From assembly GCA_963822795.1 (NCBI GenBank), contig CAWGJM010000045.1, positions 58,497 through 122,496 of the forward strand: 64,000 nucleotides of DNA, given 5' to 3'. This DNA comes from an uncultured Alphaproteobacteria bacterium (GTDB lineage: Bacteria > Pseudomonadota > Alphaproteobacteria > Rhizobiales > Xanthobacteraceae). Under the pieces are notes generated by a model. That model did no database searches. It was given only the letters and a program-made list of their open reading frames with translations, and was not told the DNA's origin. Of this stretch, positions 54,328 through 62,940 are shown piece after piece. The translations under genes were made by a program, and so were the position numbers. Within the stretch, counting starts at the first letter, position 1, and each line of letters begins with the position of its first letter.

Positions 54328-55080
54328 ATGACGCTGCCTCCAACCGCCTTGATATTAGGTCTGGCGCTGCTGCCGGTAGCCGCTGCGAAAGCCGTCGAAC
54401 TCAGGGTCATCGCGGGTGGCTCCCTCACGACTCTGCTGAATGATGATCTCGGCCCGCAATTCGAGAAAGCCAGCGGCCACAAGCTTTCGATCCACTTCGA
54501 CTCCATGCCCAACATCGTTGCACGGATAAATTCGGGTACGCCGTTCGACCTCGCGATTGTGCCCATCGATGTCTTCAAGGACGCGGCGGCGAAGGCCCAT
54601 TTCGTTCCGGGACCGACCATCGATATCGCGCGCGTCGGTTACGGCGTCGCTGTTCGCGCCGGCGCAGCAAAACCCGACGTCTCGACGCCGGACACATTGA
54701 AAAAGACCCTGCTCGACGCGTCGTCGATCGCGTTCGTGCCGTCAAGCGCTGCCGGCGCCTATGTCATCAAGGTGTTCGAGCGCCTGGGCATTGCCGAGGA
54801 GATGAAAGCAAAAACCAAAGCGCAGGTTGGACCGGCGCAAATCGCGCCGGCCGTCTCCAGGGGTGAAGCCGAGCTTGGCGTCTTCCTCACCAATGTGTTG
54901 GTGGCCCCCGGTGTCGAACTGGCCGGCTCATTCCCGGCCGATCTGCAGCAGGAGCTGATCTTCACCGCCGCCGTCGCGACGGACGCCAAGGAAGCCGACG
55001 CGGCCCAGGCCTTCATCCGTTTTCTAACCACTCCCGCCGCCGCTGCCGCCATCAAGGCCGGGGGTATGAACCCTGGTTAA
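54328..55080 (+). CDS. Orphan ModA-like periplasmic substrate-binding protein
   Basis: 250 aa. A signal peptide, then a molybdate/tungstate-type SBP pattern (LRVIAGGSL...FDLAIVP...). No adjacent permease or ATPase. Confidence 0.6.
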   Translation: MTLPPTALILGLALLPVAAAKAVELRVIAGGSLTTLLNDDLGPQFEKASGHKLSIHFDSMPNIVARINSGTPFDLAIVPIDVFKDAAAKAHFVPGPTIDIARVGYGVAVRAGAAKPDVSTPDTLKKTLLDASSIAFVPSSAAGAYVIKVFERLGIAEEMKAKTKAQVGPAQIAPAVSRGEAELGVFLTNVLVAPGVELAGSFPADLQQELIFTAAVATDAKEADAAQAFIRFLTTPAAAAAIKAGGMNPG

Positions 55081-55109
55081 GCGGCGCTCACATCGGTATT
55101 GGACAGCCC

Positions 55110-55982
55110 ATGACTCTCCCTCGCCTCGCTACCTATTCCGTCAGCGGCTTGACCAAATACGGCGCCGTCGTCGGCGACGGCATCGTCGATCTCTCCGGGC
55201 GCTTCGGGCAGCAATATCCGACGCTGCGCGAGGTGATCGCGGCCGGCGCCTTGAGCCGGCTCGCCGAGGAAGGGGCGCGGTATCAGCCGCATCACGCGCT
55301 GGATCAAATCACCTGGCTGCCGCCGATACCCTCGCCTGAAAAGATCATCTGCATCGGCGTCAACTATCCCGACCGCAACGCAGAATATAAGGACGGCTCG
55401 GATGCGCCAAAATATCCGAGCATGTTCATGCGCACGGCGCGTTCCTTCGTCGGCCACAACACGCCGCTGGTCCGTCCGCGCGCCTCGCAGCAGCTCGACT
55501 ACGAGGGCGAAGTGGTGCTCGTCATCGGCAAGCCTGGCCGGCATATCGCCGAGAGCATGGCGCTCGACCACATCGCGGCCGTCACGCTGTGCAACGAAGG
55601 CACCCTTCGCGACTGGATCCGGCACGCCAAGTTCAACGTCACCCAAGGCAAGAATTTCGACTCCACCGGCAGCCTCGGGCCATGGCTCGTTCCCTACACC
55701 CAGGAAGCGCAGATCGCGGACATCCGGCTGACGACCGAGGTCAACGGCGAGACGCGGCAGGACGACCGTACCTCGCGGCTGATCTTCGGCTTCCGCTACC
55801 TCATCAACTACATCTCGACCTTCACCACGCTGGTGCCCGGCGACGTCATCGTCACGGGTACGCCGACCGGCGCCGGCGCACGGTTCGATCCGCCGCGTTA
55901 TCTGAAACCTGGCGACATCGTCGAGGTCGCGGCCGACGGCATCGGGTTGTTGCGCAACGGCGTGATCGACGAAGCCTCCTAA
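55110..55982 (+). CDS. hpaG: Fumarylacetoacetate-hydrolase-family enzyme (single-domain HpaG-like isomerase/decarboxylase)
   Basis: FAH-domain pattern (KIICIGVNY..H......P..P..F.K....LDYEGEVVLVIGK...GDVIVTGTPTGAG). 290 aa, so one FAH domain only. Confidence 0.6.
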   Translation: MTLPRLATYSVSGLTKYGAVVGDGIVDLSGRFGQQYPTLREVIAAGALSRLAEEGARYQPHHALDQITWLPPIPSPEKIICIGVNYPDRNAEYKDGSDAPKYPSMFMRTARSFVGHNTPLVRPRASQQLDYEGEVVLVIGKPGRHIAESMALDHIAAVTLCNEGTLRDWIRHAKFNVTQGKNFDSTGSLGPWLVPYTQEAQIADIRLTTEVNGETRQDDRTSRLIFGFRYLINYISTFTTLVPGDVIVTGTPTGAGARFDPPRYLKPGDIVEVAADGIGLLRNGVIDEAS

Positions 55983-56012
55983 CCGCAATCTCAAGAATAG
56001 TTGGACCACGAA

Positions 56013-57656
56013 ATGACTTCCATGACCGGCGGCGAAGCGATCGTAAGCGGCCTTGTCGCCCACGGCATCGACACCGTGTTCGGATTGCCCGGCGCGCAGG
56101 TTTACGGCCTGTTCGACGCTTTCCATCAGGCGCAGTTGAAAGTGATCGGCGCGCGCCACGAGCAGGCCTGCGGCTACATGGCTTTTGGCTATGCGCGATC
56201 GAGCGGCAAAGTGGGCGTGTTCAGCGTGGTCCCCGGCCCCGGCGTGCTCAACGCCGGCGCGGCGATGCTGACCGCGTTCGGCTCGAACGAGCCGGTGCTG
56301 TGCCTGACCGGGCAGGTGCCGACGCAGTTTCTGGGCAAGGGCCGCGGCCATCTGCACGAAATGCCGGACCAGCTCGCGACGTTACGAACCTTTGTGAAAT
56401 GGGCCGAGCGCATCGAATATCCCGACGTCGCGCCGACGCTTGTGGCGCGCGCGTTCCAGGAGATGCTGTCGGGCCGGCGCGGTCCGGTGGCGCTGGAAAT
56501 GCCGTGGGACGTGTTCACGCAGCGCGCGGAGACGGGTGCCGCAACAGTGTTCGCCCCTTTCCCCGCGTCGCAGCCCGATCCCGACCGCGTCAAGGAAGCC
56601 GCCGCCCTGGTCGCGGCCAGCAAGCGGCCCATGATCTTTGTCGGCAGCGGCGCAATCGACGCGCGCGAGGGAATCCTTGAGCTCGCAGAAATGATCGACG
56701 CGCCGGTCGTCGCCTTCCGCAGCGGGCGTGGCATCGTCTCCAATGCGCATGAACTGGGATTGACCATGGCCGCGGCCTACAAGCTCTGGCCGCAGACCGA
56801 CCTGATGATCGGCATCGGCACGCGGATGGAATTGCCGGCATCGTCGTTCCGTTGGCCGTTCCGCCCCGACGGCCTCAAGTCGATCCGCATCGATATCGAT
56901 CCCGCCGAGATGCGGCGGTTGACGTCCGATGTCGCCGTGGTGTCGGACGCCAAGGCAGGCGCGCGCGAATTGTTGGCCGCGGTCAGCAAGGCCGGCTACC
57001 GCAGGACCTCCGGCCGCCGCGCCGCGATCAGCGAGGCCGCAGCGGCGGCGCAGCAGGAAATCCAGGAGGTGCAGCCGCAGATGGCGTATCTGAACGTCCT
57101 GCGCGAGGTGCTGCCGCCAAACGCGATCGTCACCGACGAATTGTCGCAGGTCGGCTTCGCCTCCTGGTACGGCTTTCCGGTCTATGAGCCGCGCACCTTC
57201 ATCACCTCGGGCTATCAGGGCACGCTAGGCTCGGGTTTTCCGACCGCGCTCGGCGCCAAGGTCGCCAACCCCGACCGGCCGGTGGTCGCAATCACCGGCG
57301 ACGGCGGCTTCATGTTCGGCGTGCAGGAACTCGCCACCGCCGTGCAGTTCAACATCAGCGTGGTGACGCTGGTGTTCAATAACAACTCCTACGGCAATGT
57401 ACGGCGCGACCAGCGCACGCGCTTCGACGGCCGCGTGGTCGCGTCCGACCTCGTCAATCCGGATTTCGTCAAGCTCGCGGAATCCTTTGGCGTGGCGGCG
57501 AGCCGCGTCACCTCGCCCGATCATTTCCGCCCCGCGCTGGAAAAGGCGCTCGCCGCCGGCGCGCCTTACCTGATCGCGATCGAAATCCCGAAGGATTCGG
57601 AAACGACGCCGTGGACGTTCATCCATCCGGCGAAGCCTCAGTTGTCCTCATGGTGA
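56013..57656 (+). CDS. Thiamine-diphosphate-dependent enzyme (acetolactate-synthase-like family)
   Basis: N-terminal Pyr domain (GGEAIVSGLVAHGIDTVFGLPGAQ) and the TPP motif GDGGFMFGVQELATAVQFNISVVTLVFNNNSYGNV. Confidence 0.8.
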   Translation: MTSMTGGEAIVSGLVAHGIDTVFGLPGAQVYGLFDAFHQAQLKVIGARHEQACGYMAFGYARSSGKVGVFSVVPGPGVLNAGAAMLTAFGSNEPVLCLTGQVPTQFLGKGRGHLHEMPDQLATLRTFVKWAERIEYPDVAPTLVARAFQEMLSGRRGPVALEMPWDVFTQRAETGAATVFAPFPASQPDPDRVKEAAALVAASKRPMIFVGSGAIDAREGILELAEMIDAPVVAFRSGRGIVSNAHELGLTMAAAYKLWPQTDLMIGIGTRMELPASSFRWPFRPDGLKSIRIDIDPAEMRRLTSDVAVVSDAKAGARELLAAVSKAGYRRTSGRRAAISEAAAAAQQEIQEVQPQMAYLNVLREVLPPNAIVTDELSQVGFASWYGFPVYEPRTFITSGYQGTLGSGFPTALGAKVANPDRPVVAITGDGGFMFGVQELATAVQFNISVVTLVFNNNSYGNVRRDQRTRFDGRVVASDLVNPDFVKLAESFGVAASRVTSPDHFRPALEKALAAGAPYLIAIEIPKDSETTPWTFIHPAKPQLSSW

Positions 57657-57697
57657 GGAGGCGCTTGCGCCGTCTCGAACCATGAGGCCGTGGCCCA

Positions 57698-57740
57698 TCC
57701 TTCGAGACGCGCGCGATGCGCGCTCCTCAGGATGAGGGGA
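57698..57740 (+). repeat. REP family A copy
   Basis: tccttcgagacgc-gcgcgatgcgcgc-tcctcaggatgagggga, preceded by nested IRs (cctcatggt/accatgagg; cgtctcgaa/ttcgagacg) that start in the last codons of the TPP gene. Confidence 0.7.
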
Positions 57741-57763
57741 CCCTTTCGTACCTGCATGCTCTG

Positions 57764-58966
57764 CTACACCCGCGCCGCCGCGATCACCAGCAGCCCGCAA
57801 CCGGCGACCGACCAGCACGCGATCGGCGCCCATTGCAATAGCGGCGTATATTCCGGCAGCGTCTGCAAGCCGCCCGCAACCGCCGCCATCCGCGCAAAGG
57901 TCGCGAGCGCCAGCGCGGAAAATACCAGGCCGGTCACCTTGCCCTCCGCTCCGGTGTGGCCGATCGCAAGCGCGGCCGAAACCGCGCTCGTCAACATGCA
58001 GCCCCAGGCCGCGCCGGCAACGAACTGCGCGACAACAAGCGTGTTGAGGCTTCCGGCCATCTCCGCCTCCAGCACCGCCGCCGCGCCGAGCAGGCCGGCG
58101 GCGCCCATCACGATCAAGGCGCCGCGATGCTTGACGACGACGCTTGCCGGAAACATCGCGATATTGAAGCCGATCCAGAACACCGGCATCAACCACTGCA
58201 GATCAGTGGGCTTGGCAAACCGCAGATAGAACGGCGCGCTGTTGATGCTGAAATGCAGTTGGTAGCCGAGCGAAAGCAGGATCATCGCGACGACGAACAG
58301 CACCGGCACCGTGCCGAACGGCTTTGCGGGCTTGGGCGGCTTCTTAGGCGACGTGGTGCGTGCGACGTCGCGTTCGACCCGGGACGGCCCAAGCGTGGTC
58401 AGAAGCAGCACCATGCTGGAAATCACGAATGGAAGTCGCGGGTCGGCATCGCGCAGCACGACGCCCAGATAGGGCGACGCGGCTCCCGCGGGGCAGTAGC
58501 CGAGCATCACCAGCGCCGCCAGAAACGGCAGTTGCGGCCTGGCGCAATATTTCCGAGCAGGGTCAGCGGCGGCGCGTGGAGGGCAGACGAGGTGATCGCC
58601 CAGATCGCGATCAGCGCGATCAGAGGAATCTTTGCGCCCGCGCCGGCAATGAAGGGCAGCGCGGCAAAGGCGGCGCAGGATAGCGCGGTCAACGGACCCA
58701 CGAACACGCTGAGATGGCCGACCAGAGTGGCGATCCGATCGGCGGCGATTCCCATCGCGGTATCGGTGATGGTGAAGATCGCCTGATCCAGCATCAAGAT
58801 CAGGATCACGACGCCGGGCGCGATCCCGACCTCGGCGGCCAATTTCGGCAAGATAGATAGAATAGGTGGTCCGGCCCAGCGTGAACACCAGTTGCAGGAA
58901 TGCAAAGTAGAGACCCGCGCGGTTGGCACCGGAGCTCACGTCTGCTGGCAGCTCGGCGGCGGTCAT
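57764..58966 (-). pseudogene. MFS transporter with two compensating frameshifts (or sequence errors)
   Basis: Frame 1 (track ORF 57764-58990) looks like a membrane protein at both ends but is Arg-rich nonsense between about 58545 and 58875. Over exactly that stretch, the alternate-frame ORF 58507-58929 reads as TM helices (PPILSILPKLAAEVGIAPGVVILILMLDQAIFTITDTAMGIAADRIATLVG...). Confidence 0.6.
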
Positions 58967-59050
58967 GTCTGGTCCTCGGGGAAGGAGCACAGACGAGACC
59001 GAGTTAGGTGGAAATGCGGCCTGTTATCCTCTGCACGAGAGCGTGAAAAC

Positions 59051-59704
59051 TCAGCGCGCCATGCGAAACGTCAGATTGATCCGCTGCCGGCCCAGCATGG
59101 CATGTTCGCCGTCGGCAATCGGGGCGATGCCGTGAAAGAACAGCCGCGACGGCCCGCCCCACACCACGACGTCGCCATGCGTTAGCCGATATCGTTGCGG
59201 CCTGTCGCTGCGCTTCAAACCGCCGAACAGGAAGATCGCCGGTAGGCCCAGCGATACCGAGACGATCGGCTGACCAAAATTCTGCTCATCCCGGTCCTGA
59301 TGCAGCGACATGCGCGCGCCCGGCTCATAGCGATTGATCAGGCAGGCGTCGGGTGCAAAGCCGGTAAAGCCGGCGTGATCGGCCGCCTGTTCGGCCATCG
59401 CGCGGAATATCGGCGGCATGGCCGGCCAGGGCTTTCCGGATTCGGGATCGACGGCGTCGTAGCGATAGCCGCTGCGATCCGTGACCCAGCCAAAACCACC
59501 GCAATTCGTCATCGCCACCGACATCTGGTGGCCGCCCGGCGTTTGCATCCGACGGAAAGGGGCTTGTTCTTCGATCGAGCGCAGCGCCGCGATCACGTCG
59601 CCCTCGCGCGGCCGCACGAAGCCGCGCAACAGCATCGCGCCCTCCGCCATCCGTTCCTCGGCGGGACGGACATCGCCGACGCTATCAAACAGGTCTGCCG
59701 TCAT
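59051..59704 (-). CDS. alkB: Alpha-ketoglutarate-dependent DNA/RNA dealkylating dioxygenase AlkB
   Basis: Motifs LINRYEPGARMSLHQDRDE, FFHGI and RINLTFR. 217 aa. Confidence 0.9.
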   Translation of the reverse strand: MTADLFDSVGDVRPAEERMAEGAMLLRGFVRPREGDVIAALRSIEEQAPFRRMQTPGGHQMSVAMTNCGGFGWVTDRSGYRYDAVDPESGKPWPAMPPIFRAMAEQAADHAGFTGFAPDACLINRYEPGARMSLHQDRDEQNFGQPIVSVSLGLPAIFLFGGLKRSDRPQRYRLTHGDVVVWGGPSRLFFHGIAPIADGEHAMLGRQRINLTFRMAR

Positions 59705-60453
59705 TTTGCGTCGTGGAAGATTACACCCAGGGTATGGCGATGGCCGGAGCGGACCCGGCTGACGCCATGACGCAAATTAACGCGATAGGCGCCGCGCGTC
59801 CCCTGCACCGGGCGATGATGCACAGCAAAGGCGACCGCATCGCCTTGCAGCAGCGGCACCACTTCGGCGCGCGACTGCATGCGTGGCCGCTGTTCGGTCA
59901 GCACGAATTGGCCGCCGGTGAAATCGCGCCCCGGTTCCGACAGCAGCATCGCGACCTGCAGCGGGAACACGTGCTCGCCATAGAGGTCCTGGTGCAGGCA
60001 ATTGTAGTCGCCGGCCTCGTATTGCAGCAACAGTGGCGTAGGCCGGGTTTGTCCGGCGGCGTGGCAGCGCTTCAGGAAAGCGTCGTGGCCTTCGGGATAG
60101 CGGATCTCGATGCCCATTGCCTCGTTCCAGCGGTTGGCGATACCCTGCAGCCGCGCGTAGAGCGCCGGCCGCAATGCGGCGATAATTTTGGGCAGCGGAT
60201 AGGAAAAATACTTGTACTCGCCGCGACCAAAGCCGTGGCGTCCCATCACGATGCGGCTGCGGAAGTGAGCGTCGTCCGGATAGAGCGCGGCGAGCGCGCG
60301 GCATTCGTCGGGAGAGAGCAGGCTCTTCAGGACGGCGCAGCCGTGTGTATCGAGTTCGCTCTCCGCCTGCGCCCAGTCGATAGCGTCGACGCGGGCGGCG
60401 GTGCCGGGCGTAGGATGGACGATGGTTTTCGCGGTCGCTCTCATGGGGAGCAT
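59701..60453 (-). CDS. 2OG-Fe(II) oxygenase family protein translationally coupled to alkB
   Basis: HxD in YNCLHQDLYG and a distal NLRHGVSRVRSG. ATGA overlap with alkB. The start is uncertain (60453 or 60444); the track start at 60525 lies inside a REP hairpin. Confidence 0.65.
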   Translation of the reverse strand: MLPMRATAKTIVHPTPGTAARVDAIDWAQAESELDTHGCAVLKSLLSPDECRALAALYPDDAHFRSRIVMGRHGFGRGEYKYFSYPLPKIIAALRPALYARLQGIANRWNEAMGIEIRYPEGHDAFLKRCHAAGQTRPTPLLLQYEAGDYNCLHQDLYGEHVFPLQVAMLLSEPGRDFTGGQFVLTEQRPRMQSRAEVVPLLQGDAVAFAVHHRPVQGTRGAYRVNLRHGVSRVRSGHRHTLGVIFHDAK

Positions 60454-60503
60454 TCTCGCAAATCGCGCGCGGCGAGACCACCCGATTTCCGATCCCTCTA
60501 TTC

Positions 60504-60548
60504 GTCGTCCCGGCTCGGCGTTCACTTCGCTCGCTTGGCCGGGACGAC
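60504..60548. repeat. REP family D-like hairpin (GTCGTCCCGGC...GCCGGGACGAC)
   Basis: 11-bp perfect arms with a 23-nt loop, 21 nt downstream of the stop at 60569. Confidence 0.7.
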
Positions 60549-60568
60549 GTCTTGATTGTGGCCGCAGC

Positions 60569-61255
60569 TCAGCCCCTCTCCGGCATGGTGATCACATCAT
60601 ACCCATGCCGGATGGTGCGCTTCAGCACAGGATCCTCGAGTTCGAACTCGAACCGGTCGGCGGGGCGGATGCCGCCGACCGCCGCAAAGGTGCCGCCGAA
60701 CATCGCGCAGCCATCCGGTAACCTGCCGCCTTCGAAGCCGCGCGCGATCAGTTCTGAAACCGGCAGCATCGCGTCCAACGTGCCCTGCTGGTACAGCTCG
60801 CGCTTGCCTTTGATACAGGCATAAGCGCGCAGAATCATGCGGTCCCAGTGATCGATGACCTCCTCCAGCTCCCACAACACCGGCGCGATCGGCTTGTCGC
60901 ACATCTGTTTTGAAACGGTGACGCTGTAGGTTTCGACCTTGCGGTCGGTATGGTCGGAGCCGAGGCCGACGAAGATGCGGCCCTGCCAGCCGATCAGCAC
61001 GAACTCGACCTCGCCGCTGGAATCGTTGCCGCAGACCTCGATCGAATCTTCGGTCGTGAGCCGCCGCGCCGAGACGCGATAATAGATCGGAGTCGTCGCC
61101 GGCCGCGCGATGCCGATCGCCTCAAGCTCGGCGATGTGCTTGTCGCGCGCCACCGGATCGCGGCCGGTCCACCCCGCGATGACGGCCTGGTCGATCGCGA
61201 GCGTCAGCGGGGTCGTGGTGCCCTGGGCGTCGATGGTGAAGGTCAGGTCATACAT
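60569..61255 (-). CDS. DUF2848-like protein
   Basis: 228 aa. The N-terminal pattern ...AIDQAVIAGWTGRD..A...HI.ELEAIG...P...P.YY.V fits my memory of DUF2848. 8-nt overlap with the amidase gene. Confidence 0.5.
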   Translation of the reverse strand: MYDLTFTIDAQGTTTPLTLAIDQAVIAGWTGRDPVARDKHIAELEAIGIARPATTPIYYRVSARRLTTEDSIEVCGNDSSGEVEFVLIGWQGRIFVGLGSDHTDRKVETYSVTVSKQMCDKPIAPVLWELEEVIDHWDRMILRAYACIKGKRELYQQGTLDAMLPVSELIARGFEGGRLPDGCAMFGGTFAAVGGIRPADRFEFELEDPVLKRTIRHGYDVITMPERG

Positions 61256-62600
61256 GGATGACGCTCTCCATCCCGGCCGCGAGTTCGAAGATGCAGCGGT
61301 CCGATCCGCCGGATGACGCGAGCATCAGCCCGACCGGCACTTCGCCCTCGCGATGGGCGGGCAGCGAAATCGCGCAACCGTCGATCATGTTGATCAGGCT
61401 GCAATTACGCAAGCTGCGTACGTTCGCCACGGCAAAGGCCTTGTCGTCGGCGAGATCGGCGATCCGCGGCGGCGTATTGGCCGTGGTCGGCATGATGAGG
61501 GCATGATAGGGCTCAAGGCTGGCATTGACGCGCGCGATCAGTGACCGTCGCGCGTCGATCAGGTCGATATATTCGGCGGCGCTGATGGTCTCGCCGCGCA
61601 GGATACGCACGGAGACCCGAGGGTCGTAGACGTCGCCCCTGGAGGTGAGGAGATAGCGATGCCAGGCATAGCTCTCCGCCGCGGCAAACCCACCCTTGGT
61701 GTTCATCATCCCGATATCGTGGAATTCCGGCATCTCGATCCGCTCGATGTCGGCGCCCTGCCGCGACAGCGTCTCCAGCGCGCGATCGAAGCTCGTAGCT
61801 ACCGCATCATCGAGGTCGTCGAGCACGACCGTGGTCGGCACCGCAAGGTGCATGCCCTTGATCGGGCGCGGCCGCAGACGAACGACCGGCTCGTCGGCCA
61901 GCACGGCGTCGAGCGTCGCGCAGCACCCAACCGAACGCGCCAGCGGCCCGTAGCTGTCGAGCGAGAACGACAGCGGCACGCCGCCGTCGAGCGGAATGCG
62001 TCGCTGCGTCGGCTTGTAGCCGACGATGCCGTTATAGGCGGCGGGGATTCGGCAGGAGCCGCCGGTGTCGGTGCCGAGCGCGCCATGCGCCATGCCGTCA
62101 ACCACGGAGACCGCGGCGCCTGAGGACGAACCGCCGGGAATATGGCCTTCGCTGCGGTTCCAGGCGCCCTTCGGCGTGCCGTAATGCGGATTGATGCCGA
62201 TGCCGGAAAACGCGAATTCCGTCATGTTAGTGCGGCCGATCACGATAAAACCTTCGCGGCGCAGCCGCGCCACCACCGGCGCATCTTGCTCCGCCGGCGT
62301 GGCCTCTTCTTCCAGCGCGCGGGAGCCGGCGCGGGTCACCTGTCCCTTGATGTCGAAGAGGTCCTTGATCGAGATCGGGACGCCGGCAAAGCGCGACGGC
62401 GCGGCGTTCGCCTTGCGCAACCGGTCCATCGCGTCGGCGGCGGCAAGGGCGGCCTCCTTGTCGACGTGGATGAAGGCTCGCTGACCTTCGCCCGCCGGAT
62501 CGGCGATTTTCGCAAGGCACTCCTCGACCAGCTTGCGCGCGGAGGTGCGGCCTCTTTCGAGATCGTCGGCGAGCGAGGCGAGGGTCGGATGGTTCGGCAT
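61248..62600 (-). CDS. Amidase-signature (AS) family amidase
   Basis: AS motif GGSSSGAAVSVVDGMAHGALGTDTGGSCRIPA. 450 aa. Confidence 0.85.
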   Translation of the reverse strand: MPNHPTLASLADDLERGRTSARKLVEECLAKIADPAGEGQRAFIHVDKEAALAAADAMDRLRKANAAPSRFAGVPISIKDLFDIKGQVTRAGSRALEEEATPAEQDAPVVARLRREGFIVIGRTNMTEFAFSGIGINPHYGTPKGAWNRSEGHIPGGSSSGAAVSVVDGMAHGALGTDTGGSCRIPAAYNGIVGYKPTQRRIPLDGGVPLSFSLDSYGPLARSVGCCATLDAVLADEPVVRLRPRPIKGMHLAVPTTVVLDDLDDAVATSFDRALETLSRQGADIERIEMPEFHDIGMMNTKGGFAAAESYAWHRYLLTSRGDVYDPRVSVRILRGETISAAEYIDLIDARRSLIARVNASLEPYHALIMPTTANTPPRIADLADDKAFAVANVRSLRNCSLINMIDGCAISLPAHREGEVPVGLMLASSGGSDRCIFELAAGMESVIHV

Positions 62601-62615
62601 GATTGGTTCGCCTGG

Positions 62616-62936
62616 TTATTTGATGTCCGAAGGGACCGCGATCTCCAGATCGAGCAGCGCCGAGCTGAGCGACTTGCCGTGCGCATCCAGTGCCAGCGAT
62701 CGCGTCACCCCGCCGCCGAGCGTCTGGCTCATCACGAAATTCAGCGCGGATATGTTGGGCAGCTCATAGCGCACCACAGAGCCTTCGACAACGCCGGCGA
62801 AATGGGCCCTGACCCGCTCAGCCGTCACCTGCGCCAGCAGCAGCGGATAATGGCCGTCATGATAAGCGATTACCGAGATATTCGATGTATTTCCCTTATC
62901 ACCGGTGCGGGAATGGGCGATCTCGCGCAGTTTCAT
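62616..62936 (-). CDS. Small protein resembling the C-terminal domain of long AtuA proteins
   Basis: MKLREIAHSRTGDKGNTSNISVIAY... The SR(T/S)GDKG motif occurs in the C-terminal ~100 aa of full-length AtuA homologues (from memory). Start at the ATG at 62934-62936, 4 nt after the upstream stop. Confidence 0.5.
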   Translation of the reverse strand: MKLREIAHSRTGDKGNTSNISVIAYHDGHYPLLLAQVTAERVRAHFAGVVEGSVVRYELPNISALNFVMSQTLGGGVTRSLALDAHGKSLSSALLDLEIAVPSDIK

Positions 62937-62940
62937 CGTC

